Virus record (IMG/VR): IMGVR_UViG_3300038379_000967 | Span: 1-36,252 of that record | Origin: a virus | Lineage: Duplodnaviria > Caudoviricetes | Strand: one strand, 5' to 3' | DNA length: 36,252 bases | Part shown: in pieces, positions 7,961 through 16,617 of the stretch | Layout of the letters: every line of letters starts with the position of its first letter | Position numbering within the stretch: position 1 is the stretch's first letter | The notes under the pieces: model-generated | The model's input: only the letters and a program-made list of their open reading frames with translations | Databases searched by the model: none | What the model was told of the DNA's origin: nothing | Translations under genes and position numbers: made by a program

Positions 7961-8356
7961 CTACCGCAGGCGCGTTGCTCGCCCCGGGAGGTCCGGCGCT
8001 GGAGGAATGTTCGGCTCTATCGGGTGAGAGATCATGCGGCCCAGCGATGCAACGCCCATGGTGGCGACTTTCTGCTTGTCATCCATTTTCCGCCACAGGG
8101 CCAACAACTCCTTCTCGTCGGCCTTCAGGGTTTCCGCTCGCATCGGCGCTTCCCCCCACAGCAACCACTCAGGCCGCACCTCGAGGAACCGCGCCGCGCG
8201 GACGAGGCTATCGGCCTTGAGTTCCTTGATGTCGCCATTCAGCCAGTCGGTGACGCTGGACCGGCTGACGTGACAGGCGCGCGCTAGGTCCGCTTGGGTG
8301 GCGCCGTCCTTCTTCGACAGCGCTGTTTGTAGCCGTTCCGCGAGGGTCGTTGCCAT
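7961..8356 (-). CDS. cI: CI-like XRE helix-turn-helix repressor, 131 aa, without a peptidase S24 domain
   Basis: TLAERL...TQADLARACHVSRSSVTDWLNG...L.VRPEWLLWGE; divergent from cro; start reassigned to ATG 8356. Confidence 0.9.
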   Translation of the reverse strand: MATTLAERLQTALSKKDGATQADLARACHVSRSSVTDWLNGDIKELKADSLVRAARFLEVRPEWLLWGEAPMRAETLKADEKELLALWRKMDDKQKVATMGVASLGRMISHPIEPNIPPAPDLPGRATRLR

Positions 8357-8363
8357 CCATCGC

Positions 8364-8421
8364 AGCGTAGGGCGTTGATTGTTGGTTGGGCTTGACACGG
8401 GCGTTAGGTAGACCTTACATT
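8364..8421. promoter_or_regulatory. OR region: pR (plus strand), putative pRM -10 (minus strand) and two operators
   Basis: TTGACA(8392)-18-TACATT(8416); operators GTTGGTTGGGCTTGAC (8381-8396) and GTTAGGTAGACCTTAC (8403-8418); minus-strand TACGCT 7 nt before the cI ATG. Confidence 0.85.
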
Positions 8422-8429
8422 CCGGGCGC

Positions 8430-8627
8430 ATGAAAACAGCGGAAGCGATTAAGCATTTCGGGACTGCCGCTGAGTTGGCCCGGGCGCTAGGGATCCAGCG
8501 CCAGTCGATTAGTGGCTGGGGGGAAACCGTGCCGCTCGCACGGCAGTACCAGATCGAGCAGCTGACAGAAGGAAAGCTCGCGGCTCCCAGAGTTCGGCCG
8601 TATCGGGGCGACAGCGCTGCGGCCTGA
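8430..8627 (+). CDS. cro: Cro-like repressor
   Basis: MKTAEAIKHFG..AELARALGI.RQSIS.WGE.VP..RQYQIE.LTEGKL. Confidence 0.93.
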   Translation: MKTAEAIKHFGTAAELARALGIQRQSISGWGETVPLARQYQIEQLTEGKLAAPRVRPYRGDSAAA

Positions 8628-8746
8628 TTGTCCGGGTCGGTCCACGCGGCCGGCCTTTGGTTTTTGTGCGGCAGACCCGGGCAAAGGTCTGCCATTGAGG
8701 GCCACGGGACCACGTTCTGGGCGGGAAAACTAGGGGAATTAGACAT

Positions 8747-8944
8747 ATGTGGGCAAAAAGTAACCAACTCGCGGCGGAGTCCTACACCGGGACCTGCCGT
8801 CGAAGCCCCGCCCGCCCCCACAAAGGGGGCTCGGCGGGTGATTTGCCGTGCGTGTCGGCAGTTGCTGCCTCGGACCGCCGAGCCCCCACCTTCGCGCCTT
8901 TCCAGGAGCGCCCGGACGACGGCAAGGGGAGAACGGCGCAGTGA
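8747..8944 (+). CDS. Hypothetical protein
   Basis: SD-like AGGGGA upstream; stop overlaps next GTG; no recognisable motif. Confidence 0.35.
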   Translation: MWAKSNQLAAESYTGTCRRSPARPHKGGSAGDLPCVSAVAASDRRAPTFAPFQERPDDGKGRTAQ

Positions 8945-9246
8945 ACAATATCCGCGAGATTTCACCCGGTTATGTCGCGCCCGCGCTGCGCGAGCGGCCG
9001 GATGGAACGCTGGTCATCGGGCCGCTGGTGCGGCTGAACCAGGAAGCTCCCTTTGCCGAAGCCGCCGTCAGCCTTCGCGATGAACCGCATGTCCCCCTGC
9101 GCTCATCGCCCCCGATCCCCGGGGCCCCTGGGGCTGGCGGCGGGCGAGGCGCCTACGAGGGCCTCCGGCCGCTGTTCCTGTACGTGGCGGCCGTCCTGGC
9201 GATCGCGCTCGCCGGGCTGGTGCTGTGGGCGGGGGTGGGGCGGTGA
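8941..9246 (+). CDS. Hypothetical protein with C-terminal transmembrane helix
   Basis: SD GGGGAG; LFLYVAAVLAIALAGLVLWAGV. Confidence 0.6.
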   Translation: MNNIREISPGYVAPALRERPDGTLVIGPLVRLNQEAPFAEAAVSLRDEPHVPLRSSPPIPGAPGAGGGRGAYEGLRPLFLYVAAVLAIALAGLVLWAGVGR

Positions 9247-9497
9247 AGCGGCTCCCGATCTTCGCCGCCCTCGCCGCGGCCCTGACCGCTGGCGGCGTGT
9301 CCATCGCCCACGGTCGCGGCCCCGTCCGGCGCCGGAAGTGGTACGGCACGAAGTCCCACCGCCGGATCGCCGCCGGCCCTGGGTCGCTCGCCGAGTACGA
9401 CCGGGAGATGAGCGACTACTTGTTGCTGCGGGCCCTGGACCAGCCCTGTAGGCGGCCGGTTCGGCGCGTCGAGCCGCGCACGGAGCGGCAGGCGTGA
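9243..9497 (+). CDS. Hypothetical basic protein with hydrophobic N-terminus
   Basis: GTGA coupling at both ends. Confidence 0.55.
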   Translation: MKRLPIFAALAAALTAGGVSIAHGRGPVRRRKWYGTKSHRRIAAGPGSLAEYDREMSDYLLLRALDQPCRRPVRRVEPRTERQA

Positions 9498-9667
9498 AGT
9501 CCGACCTCACCAGAGCCGCCGAGATCCTCGAGGAGGAGGCCACCACCATCCGCGAGTGCGAGCAGGTCAACGGCGAATGGCCGGACGGCGACGAGTGGAG
9601 CATTGCTGCCCACCGCCGGCATGACGAGTACCTCGCGCTCGCCAACCGGCTGAGGAAGCGGGGATGA
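9494..9667 (+). CDS. 57-aa hypothetical protein (not in the ORF track)
   Basis: MKSDLTRAAEILEEEATTIRECEQ...ALANRLRKRG; coupled overlaps at both ends. Confidence 0.6.
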   Translation: MKSDLTRAAEILEEEATTIRECEQVNGEWPDGDEWSIAAHRRHDEYLALANRLRKRG

Positions 9668-9990
9668 CCGAAGCCCCCGTCAGCTACCACGCCACCGTCG
9701 CCCTGTCGCGGCCCGAGCGCGAGCAGCGCAACCGCCAGGCCCGTACCCAGGACGACCAGGTGCTCGACTGGTTCCGCATGCACCCGAGCGCGGAGCTCTC
9801 CGCCGAGGACGTGCACGCCGAGCTGGCCCCGACCTGGCCGCTGGGCTCCACCCGGCGGGCCCTGAGCAACCTGAAGAACCGCGGCGTCATGGAGCGCACC
9901 GACCACCTGGTCGAGGGCTCCCAGGGCCACAGCGTGCACTGCTACCGGCTGGCGCGGCCGTGCCCGCAGCACCAGGAGCGGCTGTTCTGA
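9664..9990 (+). CDS. Winged-helix DNA-binding protein
   Basis: QVLDWF...LSAEDV...STRRALSNLKNRGVMERT...YRL. Confidence 0.7.
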   Translation: MTEAPVSYHATVALSRPEREQRNRQARTQDDQVLDWFRMHPSAELSAEDVHAELAPTWPLGSTRRALSNLKNRGVMERTDHLVEGSQGHSVHCYRLARPCPQHQERLF

Positions 9991-9995
9991 ACAAC

Positions 9996-10063
9996 CACAT
10001 GGCTAGGCTCGCTACCGAAGAGGCGGTCATCCGGCCCGCCCTGCCATGTGTCCTTTCGCCGGG
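9996..10063 (+). ncRNA. Candidate cis-regulatory structured RNA (three-way junction, possible pseudoknot)
   Basis: CACATGGC/GCCATGTG closing stem, inner GGCGG/CCGCC stem, loop CCGGC complementary to GCCGG at 10058. Confidence 0.45.
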
Positions 10064-10080
10064 CTTTACGGAGAAGCACT

Positions 10081-10298
10081 GTGCCTAAAAACGACGCCTT
10101 CAACTGGAACGACGAGACCCTGGCTTTCCCGACCGTGCAGGCGGTAGCTGTCTACCTGAACGCGGCCGGCGAAGTCGTGATTCGCCAGCAGGACCCGATG
10201 GGCGATGAGGACGACGTCATCGTGTTCCCCGTGCGCCACATCGACGACGTGATCCTGTCGCTGGAGAACCTCAAGCAGAGCCGGGGAGGGGCGAAGTA

Positions 10299-10299
<1 letters not shown>
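10081..10299 (+). CDS. Hypothetical protein
   Basis: SD GGAG before GTG 10081; stop overlaps next start. Confidence 0.7.
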
Positions 10300-11286
<987 letters not shown>

Positions 11287-11294
<8 letters not shown>

Positions 11295-11799
11295 AATCCT
11301 CGACCGCGCCGAGCGCACCTGGTCGGCGCTCGCCGAAATCTTCGGGCAGACCCTGCTGACGAACTTTGGCCCGGAGCCTCCGCCGCTCTGGCGCGCGCGG
11401 ATCGACGAGCTCAGCGACGAGCAGCTAGCCACCGGCCTGCGCGAGCTGTCCCGGCGGGATGTGGCCTACGCGCCCACGCTCGGCCAGTTCGTGAGCGCGT
11501 GCCGCGGCGACGGACTGCGTCGCGCCCCGCAGCTGCCGTCGCCCTGGGAGACCGGCGTCGACCTCAGCCCCCTGCACGGCCAGCTGAACCTGGTGCTGCT
11601 GCGCAAGCTGATGCGCGACCACGACACCCGGCCAGAGCACCTCCGCGCCGCGGTCCGGTACAAGCGCGAAGTCGCCCGCCAGCTCGACGATGCCTACCCG
11701 CACGGGCCGCGGAGCGACCAGGACCGGGAGGACATCCGGGCGATGGCGCCGAAGATCGGCAGCAACCTCGACCGGCTGCTGGCAGGGCTCTCGACGTGA
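11287..11799 (+). CDS. Replication protein P-like (putative helicase loader)
   Basis: W..L.EIFG.....FG.EP...W...I..LSDEQL..GL...APTLGQF...C; follows the initiator. Confidence 0.6.
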
Positions 11800-12017
11800 G
11801 CAGCGCGATGGACTGGGGTAGACCGAAGCCCACGTACCCGGAGCGCGAGCCGGTCGCGTATCGGGATTACGCGGTGCTTCGGGAGGCTTCCGGTCATGCC
11901 GCCGAGTCGCTGCTCGAGCTGATCACCGCGCTGCGGTTCTACGAGCCGGCCGGCAAGGTCGTGGCCAAGGCCACCGAGCGCCTAGCGAACCTGCGGACGC
12001 TGGGGGTGACCCGGTGA
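11796..12017 (+). CDS. Hypothetical protein
   Basis: GTGA coupling at both ends. Confidence 0.55.
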   Translation: MSSAMDWGRPKPTYPEREPVAYRDYAVLREASGHAAESLLELITALRFYEPAGKVVAKATERLANLRTLGVTR

Positions 12018-12446
12018 GCGACCTGTCGGTCGGCAAGAACGGCATGCCGGTGACCGTGTCGCCGGTGCGGATTCTGCGGCCGGGCGATCCCGGCTTCCCG
12101 AAACAGGACGACCAGGAGCAGCCCGACATGGCCGAGAACGTACCCAAACCCTGCGGCGTTGCCGGCTGCGGCAAGCCGAAAGCACCCGGCATGGGCCGGC
12201 GCTACTGCGCCGAGCACAGCAACCCTGAGAGCCGGCAGAAGGCCGAGCACCGCCCCGCGGGCAAGAAGGCGAGCGCGGCGGCGGCCAAGGCCATCGCCAA
12301 GCTGCGCGGCAAGGCCGTACCCCCCCCCGGCGGCTGCGGCTCCGGCGCTGAAATCCAGTACCGACCTGCGGGCCCTCGCGGCGGGCTACCGGCGGGCCGC
12401 TGACCTGCTGGACCAGGCCGCCGACCTGCTCACTCCACCCGCCTGA
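12014..12446 (+). pseudogene. Cys/His-motif hypothetical protein apparently frameshifted at a C9 tract (12320-12328)
   Basis: CGVAGC...YCAEH; removing one C gives a helical C-terminus ending 16 nt before the next gene. Confidence 0.5.
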
Positions 12447-12462
12447 TCGCACGGAGGAACCC

Positions 12463-12945
12463 ATGAAGCTCACCACCACCGTCACCCTGTCGAAGTCGCT
12501 GAGCGTGAAGCGCGGGAAGGACGAGGAGGGCACCGAGGCCGTCATCGCGCACCTGAAGTTCAGCGATGCGTTCGTCACCCGCGAGGAGATCGACCCGCTG
12601 CTCGGCGTCGCGCTGGAGCAGGGTGTGCCGTGGGCGCGCAACGTGCTGTTCGACGAGCTGGGCGCGCCCCGTGCTCGGCTCGAAATCGCCGCGCCCAGGC
12701 GCGAGTTCACCGCCTCGATCCGTTTCTCTGGCACCGGCAAGGACGAGATGCACATCGCCGGCGGCACCCTGACCGGCATCACCATCGTGCTCGACAAGTC
12801 CGGCGGGCTGCTGTCCGGCTCGCTGTCCTGGCCCGTCGCTGGTGACGAGCTGGCCGACGTGGAGCCGCTGCTGGGGCAGATGGTCCGGGCGGAGATGAAC
12901 CTGACGGACGGCGAGCAGGGGGACCTGCTGCGGCAGGCGGCGTAA
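12463..12945 (+). CDS. Hypothetical phage protein
   Basis: Strong SD GGAGG; high-GC3 codon usage. Confidence 0.8.
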   Translation: MKLTTTVTLSKSLSVKRGKDEEGTEAVIAHLKFSDAFVTREEIDPLLGVALEQGVPWARNVLFDELGAPRARLEIAAPRREFTASIRFSGTGKDEMHIAGGTLTGITIVLDKSGGLLSGSLSWPVAGDELADVEPLLGQMVRAEMNLTDGEQGDLLRQAA

Positions 12946-13059
12946 CGAATACCTCACCGGCAAGTAGCTGGTCCGGCCGGACGGTGGTCATTCCATCCGA
13001 CAACCAGCACGCGCACCGCAAAGGCCGGATAGCGGGCGCCGAAGGAACAGGAGACGACA

Positions 13060-13419
13060 ATGACTCTCGACGACATTGCGAAGGCCTGCCACGAGATCAA
13101 CCGGGCGTACTGCCAGGCGATCGGCGACTACAGCCAGCCCACCTGGGGGGACGCGCCCGATTGGCAGAAGGACAGCGCTCGCGCCGGCGTCCGCCTCCAC
13201 CTCGAGGATCCCCTGGCTGGCCCGGCTGCCAGTCACGAAAGCTGGATGCGCCAGAAGGCGGCGGAGGGCTGGATCTACGGGCCAATCAAGAGTCCGGAGG
13301 CCCGGACCCACCCGTGCATCCGGCCGTTCGACCAGCTGCCCCGCGAGCAGCAGGCGAAAGACTTCATCTTCACCGCCGTCGTGCACCAGCTCGCGGACCT
13401 GTACACGCCGGCCGGCTGA
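13060..13419 (+). CDS. Stand-alone RyR-domain phage protein
   Basis: HE.NRAYC..IGD.SQP.W..AP.WQK; SHESW...K...GW.YG......THPC..PFDQLP.EQ..KD; SD AGGAG. Confidence 0.85.
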   Translation: MTLDDIAKACHEINRAYCQAIGDYSQPTWGDAPDWQKDSARAGVRLHLEDPLAGPAASHESWMRQKAAEGWIYGPIKSPEARTHPCIRPFDQLPREQQAKDFIFTAVVHQLADLYTPAG

Positions 13420-13452
13420 TTCACCGCACCGACCAACCCAAGGAGACCGAAA

Positions 13453-13764
13453 GTGACCGAAGACACACCGACCGCCGCAGCCGAGCCCACGCCGACCGGG
13501 CTGACCATCACCCCGCAGCACGTGGAGAACCAGATCTGCGAGGAGCACTACCACCAGTGGCCGGGCAGCACGTTGACGACGTGCCGCCTAGTCCTCCGCA
13601 ATGGTTTCAGCGTCACGGGCGAGAGCGCCTGCGTGAGCCCGGAGAACTTCAACGTCGAGCTCGGGCAGCAGATCGCCCGGCGCAAGGCGGCAGAGAAGAT
13701 CTGGGAACTCGAGGGCTACCTGCTGGCCGACCGCATCGCCAACGCGAAGGCTGGCAAGGCCTGA
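13453..13764 (+). CDS. N4 Gp49 / Sf6 gp66 family protein
   Basis: T.C.LVL.NGFSVTGESACVSPENF..ELG..IA...A..KIW.LEGYLL; SD AAGGAG. Confidence 0.88.
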   Translation: MTEDTPTAAAEPTPTGLTITPQHVENQICEEHYHQWPGSTLTTCRLVLRNGFSVTGESACVSPENFNVELGQQIARRKAAEKIWELEGYLLADRIANAKAGKA

Positions 13765-13765
13765 C

Positions 13766-14161
13766 GTGCTGACCCTCGCCCTCCCTTGGCCCCCGAGCGT
13801 GAACGCCTACTGGCGCAGCTTCGTGCCCAGGGGAGGGCAGAGGGCCTTCGTGCACGTCTCTGATCAGGGCAAGGCCTACCAGAAGGCTGTCGCTCGCGTC
13901 GTCGCGGCGCTGCCGCGCTATCCCATCGAAGCCAGTGACCGGCTGGCCATGCACGTCATCGCGAATCCACCGGACCGGCGCCGTCGCGATCTCGACAATC
14001 TCGGAAAGGCCCTGTGGGACTCGTTGCAGAAGGCGGGCGTCTACGCCGACGACAACCAGATCGACAAGTTCACCATCGAGCGCGGCGAAGTGGTCGACCT
14101 CGGCCGGCTGCTGGTGACCGTCGAGGTGCTGCCGGTGGTCATCTGCGGCGTGGCCGCGTAA
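13766..14161 (+). CDS. rusA: RusA Holliday junction resolvase
   Basis: LPWPPSVN.YWR; PPDRRRRDLDNLGKALWDSL..AGV..DD.QID. Confidence 0.95.
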   Translation: MLTLALPWPPSVNAYWRSFVPRGGQRAFVHVSDQGKAYQKAVARVVAALPRYPIEASDRLAMHVIANPPDRRRRDLDNLGKALWDSLQKAGVYADDNQIDKFTIERGEVVDLGRLLVTVEVLPVVICGVAA

Positions 14162-14194
14162 GCAGCCTGGAAGCAATGCAAGGAGGCAAATGAC

Positions 14195-14767
14195 ATGACG
14201 AAAGTACTGAGCGCGATCACTCTGGTGCTGGCCCTGGCCGCGACCGCATGGATCTCCGGCGCGCTGGCCCAGACGACACCGACGACCTACACCGCGCAGG
14301 CCGGCGACGGACGGATCCTGTACGAGGGACCGAGCACCGTGGAGGCAATCACCCGCTGCCAGATCTACGTCAACATCGACCCGAAGCGTAGTTGCCAGTG
14401 GGTCCACCGCGGCACGGCGAACGGGACGCCCTTCACGAAGCGGTGGCGAATGCACGTCGGCACCGAGACCGGTGTCTGGACGTGGGTCGCGCCGACCCAT
14501 CTTGCGAATACCCAAGGGCAGCCCATGCCACTGACCGACCTGTCGCATTACCTGATCTATCGCCAGCCGCCCGGCCAGCCGGCGGTGCCGTGGACCCAGA
14601 TCGACGGCAAGGTGACGAGGGCGGTGATGCCAATGGGGCCGGAGCACTACGGGGCCTGCTTCTGGGTGGTCGCCGTGCGGAAGCCGGCCACGTCGCCGGC
14701 GGTCGCCAGCGACCGGTCGAACAAGGTCTGCATGGACGCGCGCGGGCAACCGCTGCCGGCGACCTGA
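14195..14767 (+). CDS. Exported protein with fibronectin type III-like C-terminal domain
   Basis: Signal peptide ...GALA|Q; TWVAPT..NT.G.P..LTDL..Y.IY...F.VVAV......SD.SN. Confidence 0.7.
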   Translation: MTKVLSAITLVLALAATAWISGALAQTTPTTYTAQAGDGRILYEGPSTVEAITRCQIYVNIDPKRSCQWVHRGTANGTPFTKRWRMHVGTETGVWTWVAPTHLANTQGQPMPLTDLSHYLIYRQPPGQPAVPWTQIDGKVTRAVMPMGPEHYGACFWVVAVRKPATSPAVASDRSNKVCMDARGQPLPAT

Positions 14768-14958
14768 TGAGCGGGGGATGGCAAGGCCAGACCGGCGCCA
14801 ATCACCCGGCGTGCGCGCTCAAGGGCTACCAGGTCGACGAGATGCGCCGGCTGCGGGCGCAGGGCCTGAAGCTGCGCGAGCTGGAGAAGATCTTCGGCTA
14901 CAGCATCAGCGGCATCAGCCGGATCCTGCGCGGGCAGCGCCATGGCCAAGCGAACTGA
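14767..14958 (+). CDS. Small helix-turn-helix DNA-binding protein
   Basis: G.NHP...L....V.EMR.L...G...RELEKIFG.S.S.ISRILRG; coupled start. Confidence 0.7.
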   Translation: MSGGWQGQTGANHPACALKGYQVDEMRRLRAQGLKLRELEKIFGYSISGISRILRGQRHGQAN

Positions 14959-15048
14959 GGCGGCGGTGGTCGGATGGCGGCAAGTTGGGCCCCGCACGGA
15001 GCACCCGGACGGCCTTAGCCGGCCGCCGCCTCAGACGGGGAGGGAGGA

Positions 15049-15426
15049 GTGATGACAACGTACGTGACCAACGTCCGGCTCTGGCTGCGGGGCTTCGGCC
15101 GCTTCGACGAGATTGCCTTCAAGGCGGGCTGGTCCGGAAACCAGCTGCGCTGGCGGCTGCTCTACGCGCTCAACTACGGCACCCGGGTGCTGACCGGTGG
15201 CGCCTGCGTGTCCTGGTCGCGGTGGTGGTACGAGCGGCGGCGGAAGTACGGCCATGCCGGCTTCATGACCCGGCTGCTGAATCACCTGGAGGAGAACCAC
15301 GGCGCGCGGGCTGGCGGCGCGCTCTGGGGCACGACGGACACCCGGGGCGCGGTAGCTGTTGGGCTGGTGTTCTGGGTCCTCGTCCTGGTCCTGGTGGTCC
15401 GCCTGGCCTGGCGGGTGCTGACGTAA
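15049..15426 (+). CDS. Hypothetical protein with C-terminal transmembrane helix
   Basis: SD GGAGG; AVAVGLVFWVLVLVLVV; stop overlaps the terS start. Confidence 0.7.
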   Translation: MMTTYVTNVRLWLRGFGRFDEIAFKAGWSGNQLRWRLLYALNYGTRVLTGGACVSWSRWWYERRRKYGHAGFMTRLLNHLEENHGARAGGALWGTTDTRGAVAVGLVFWVLVLVLVVRLAWRVLT

Positions 15427-15917
15427 TGGCAACCCCGCGCAACGGTCTCACCGATAGCCAGCGGCTGTTCGTCGCGCGCTACTGCGTGCACCTGGAGGCG
15501 AAGCGCGCCGCCGAGGAAGCCGGCTACAGCGCGCGCAACGCGAAGCGGGTGGGCTACCGGCTGCTGCACAGCCCGAAGATCGCCGCGGCCATCCAGGAGC
15601 ACCAACGCACCCTGGCGCAGCGCGCGGAGATGGACGAGAAGTGGGTACTCGGCAAGCTGCGGGAGAACGTCGAGCGCTGCATGCAGGCGGAGCCGGTCCT
15701 CGATCGGGACGGCCAGGAGACTGGCCAGTACCGCTATGACTCCGGCGGAGCCATCCGGGCCCTGGAACTCATCGGCAAGCACTTTGCCATGTGGGTGGAC
15801 CGGGTCCGGGTGGACGAGCTGGAGCAGCTGAGCGACGAGGAGCTGGATGAGCGGATCGCCGATCTCGATCGACGAGCGGCAGCGGCTGCAACGCGTTCGC
15901 CTACGCCTACGCATTGA
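15426..15917 (+). CDS. terS: Terminase small subunit
   Basis: LT..QRLFV..Y.....AK.AA..AGYS...A...G.RLL..P.I; RALELIGKH; start ATG 15426. Confidence 0.92.
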   Translation: MATPRNGLTDSQRLFVARYCVHLEAKRAAEEAGYSARNAKRVGYRLLHSPKIAAAIQEHQRTLAQRAEMDEKWVLGKLRENVERCMQAEPVLDRDGQETGQYRYDSGGAIRALELIGKHFAMWVDRVRVDELEQLSDEELDERIADLDRRAAAAATRSPTPTH

Positions 15918-16605
15918 GCGCGAACGCCGTGGTCGCCGCCGCAAGCTCTGGACGTACTTCCCCGACGCGGGGCCGTTGCGCCGTGAGCTCTACCCGAAGC
16001 ACCTGGAGTTCTTCCGACTCGGCGCGAGCCACGAAGAGCGGTGCTTCATGGCCGGTAACCGAATCGGCAAGACCGAGTCGGTGGGCTGCTACGAGCTGGT
16101 GCTCCATCTCACCGGCCAGTATCCAGCCTGGTGGGAGGGCTTCCGGTTCACGCGGCCGATCAAGGCCTGGGCCTGCGGGCAGACCTCCGAGACCGTTCGC
16201 GACATCCTCCAGGCGAAGCTCCTGGGACCGGCTGAGGACCGAGGCACGGGAGTCATCCCCGGCGACACCATCATCCGGATGCGTGCCCGCTCCGGTCTGT
16301 CCGACATGGTCGACGTGGTCAGCATCCGGCACGTCACCGGCGGCACCAGCAAGCTCGGCTTCCGGTCCTACGACCAGGGCCGCAAGGCCTTCGAGGGCAC
16401 CGAGCAGGACGTCATCCTCCTGGACGAGGAGCCGCCGTTCGACATCTACGGCGAATGCCTCATCCGCACGGCCAGCACGGTCCCTGGCCAGCGCGGCGGC
16501 ATGATCATGGCGACCTTCACCCCCCTGCAGGGGCTGTCCGAGACGGCCCTGTACTTCCTGCCGCACCTGGCTCCGCCGGATCTCGCGGCCACCCCCACGA
16601 TGTAA
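15847..16605 (+). CDS. terL: Terminase large subunit, N-terminal ATPase part (P22 gp2-like)
   Basis: ERCFMAGNRIGKT (Walker A), HLTG.YP, ILLDEEPP (Walker B), TFTPLQG (motif III); stops before the nuclease domain. Confidence 0.92.
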   Translation: MSGSPISIDERQRLQRVRLRLRIERERRGRRRKLWTYFPDAGPLRRELYPKHLEFFRLGASHEERCFMAGNRIGKTESVGCYELVLHLTGQYPAWWEGFRFTRPIKAWACGQTSETVRDILQAKLLGPAEDRGTGVIPGDTIIRMRARSGLSDMVDVVSIRHVTGGTSKLGFRSYDQGRKAFEGTEQDVILLDEEPPFDIYGECLIRTASTVPGQRGGMIMATFTPLQGLSETALYFLPHLAPPDLAATPTM

Positions 16606-16617
16606 CTGGAGAACCCG

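Noticed and set aside
8357-8965. Long 334-aa version of the repressor ORF
   Set aside because: The extension runs antisense through cro and OR; the HTH begins at ATG 8356
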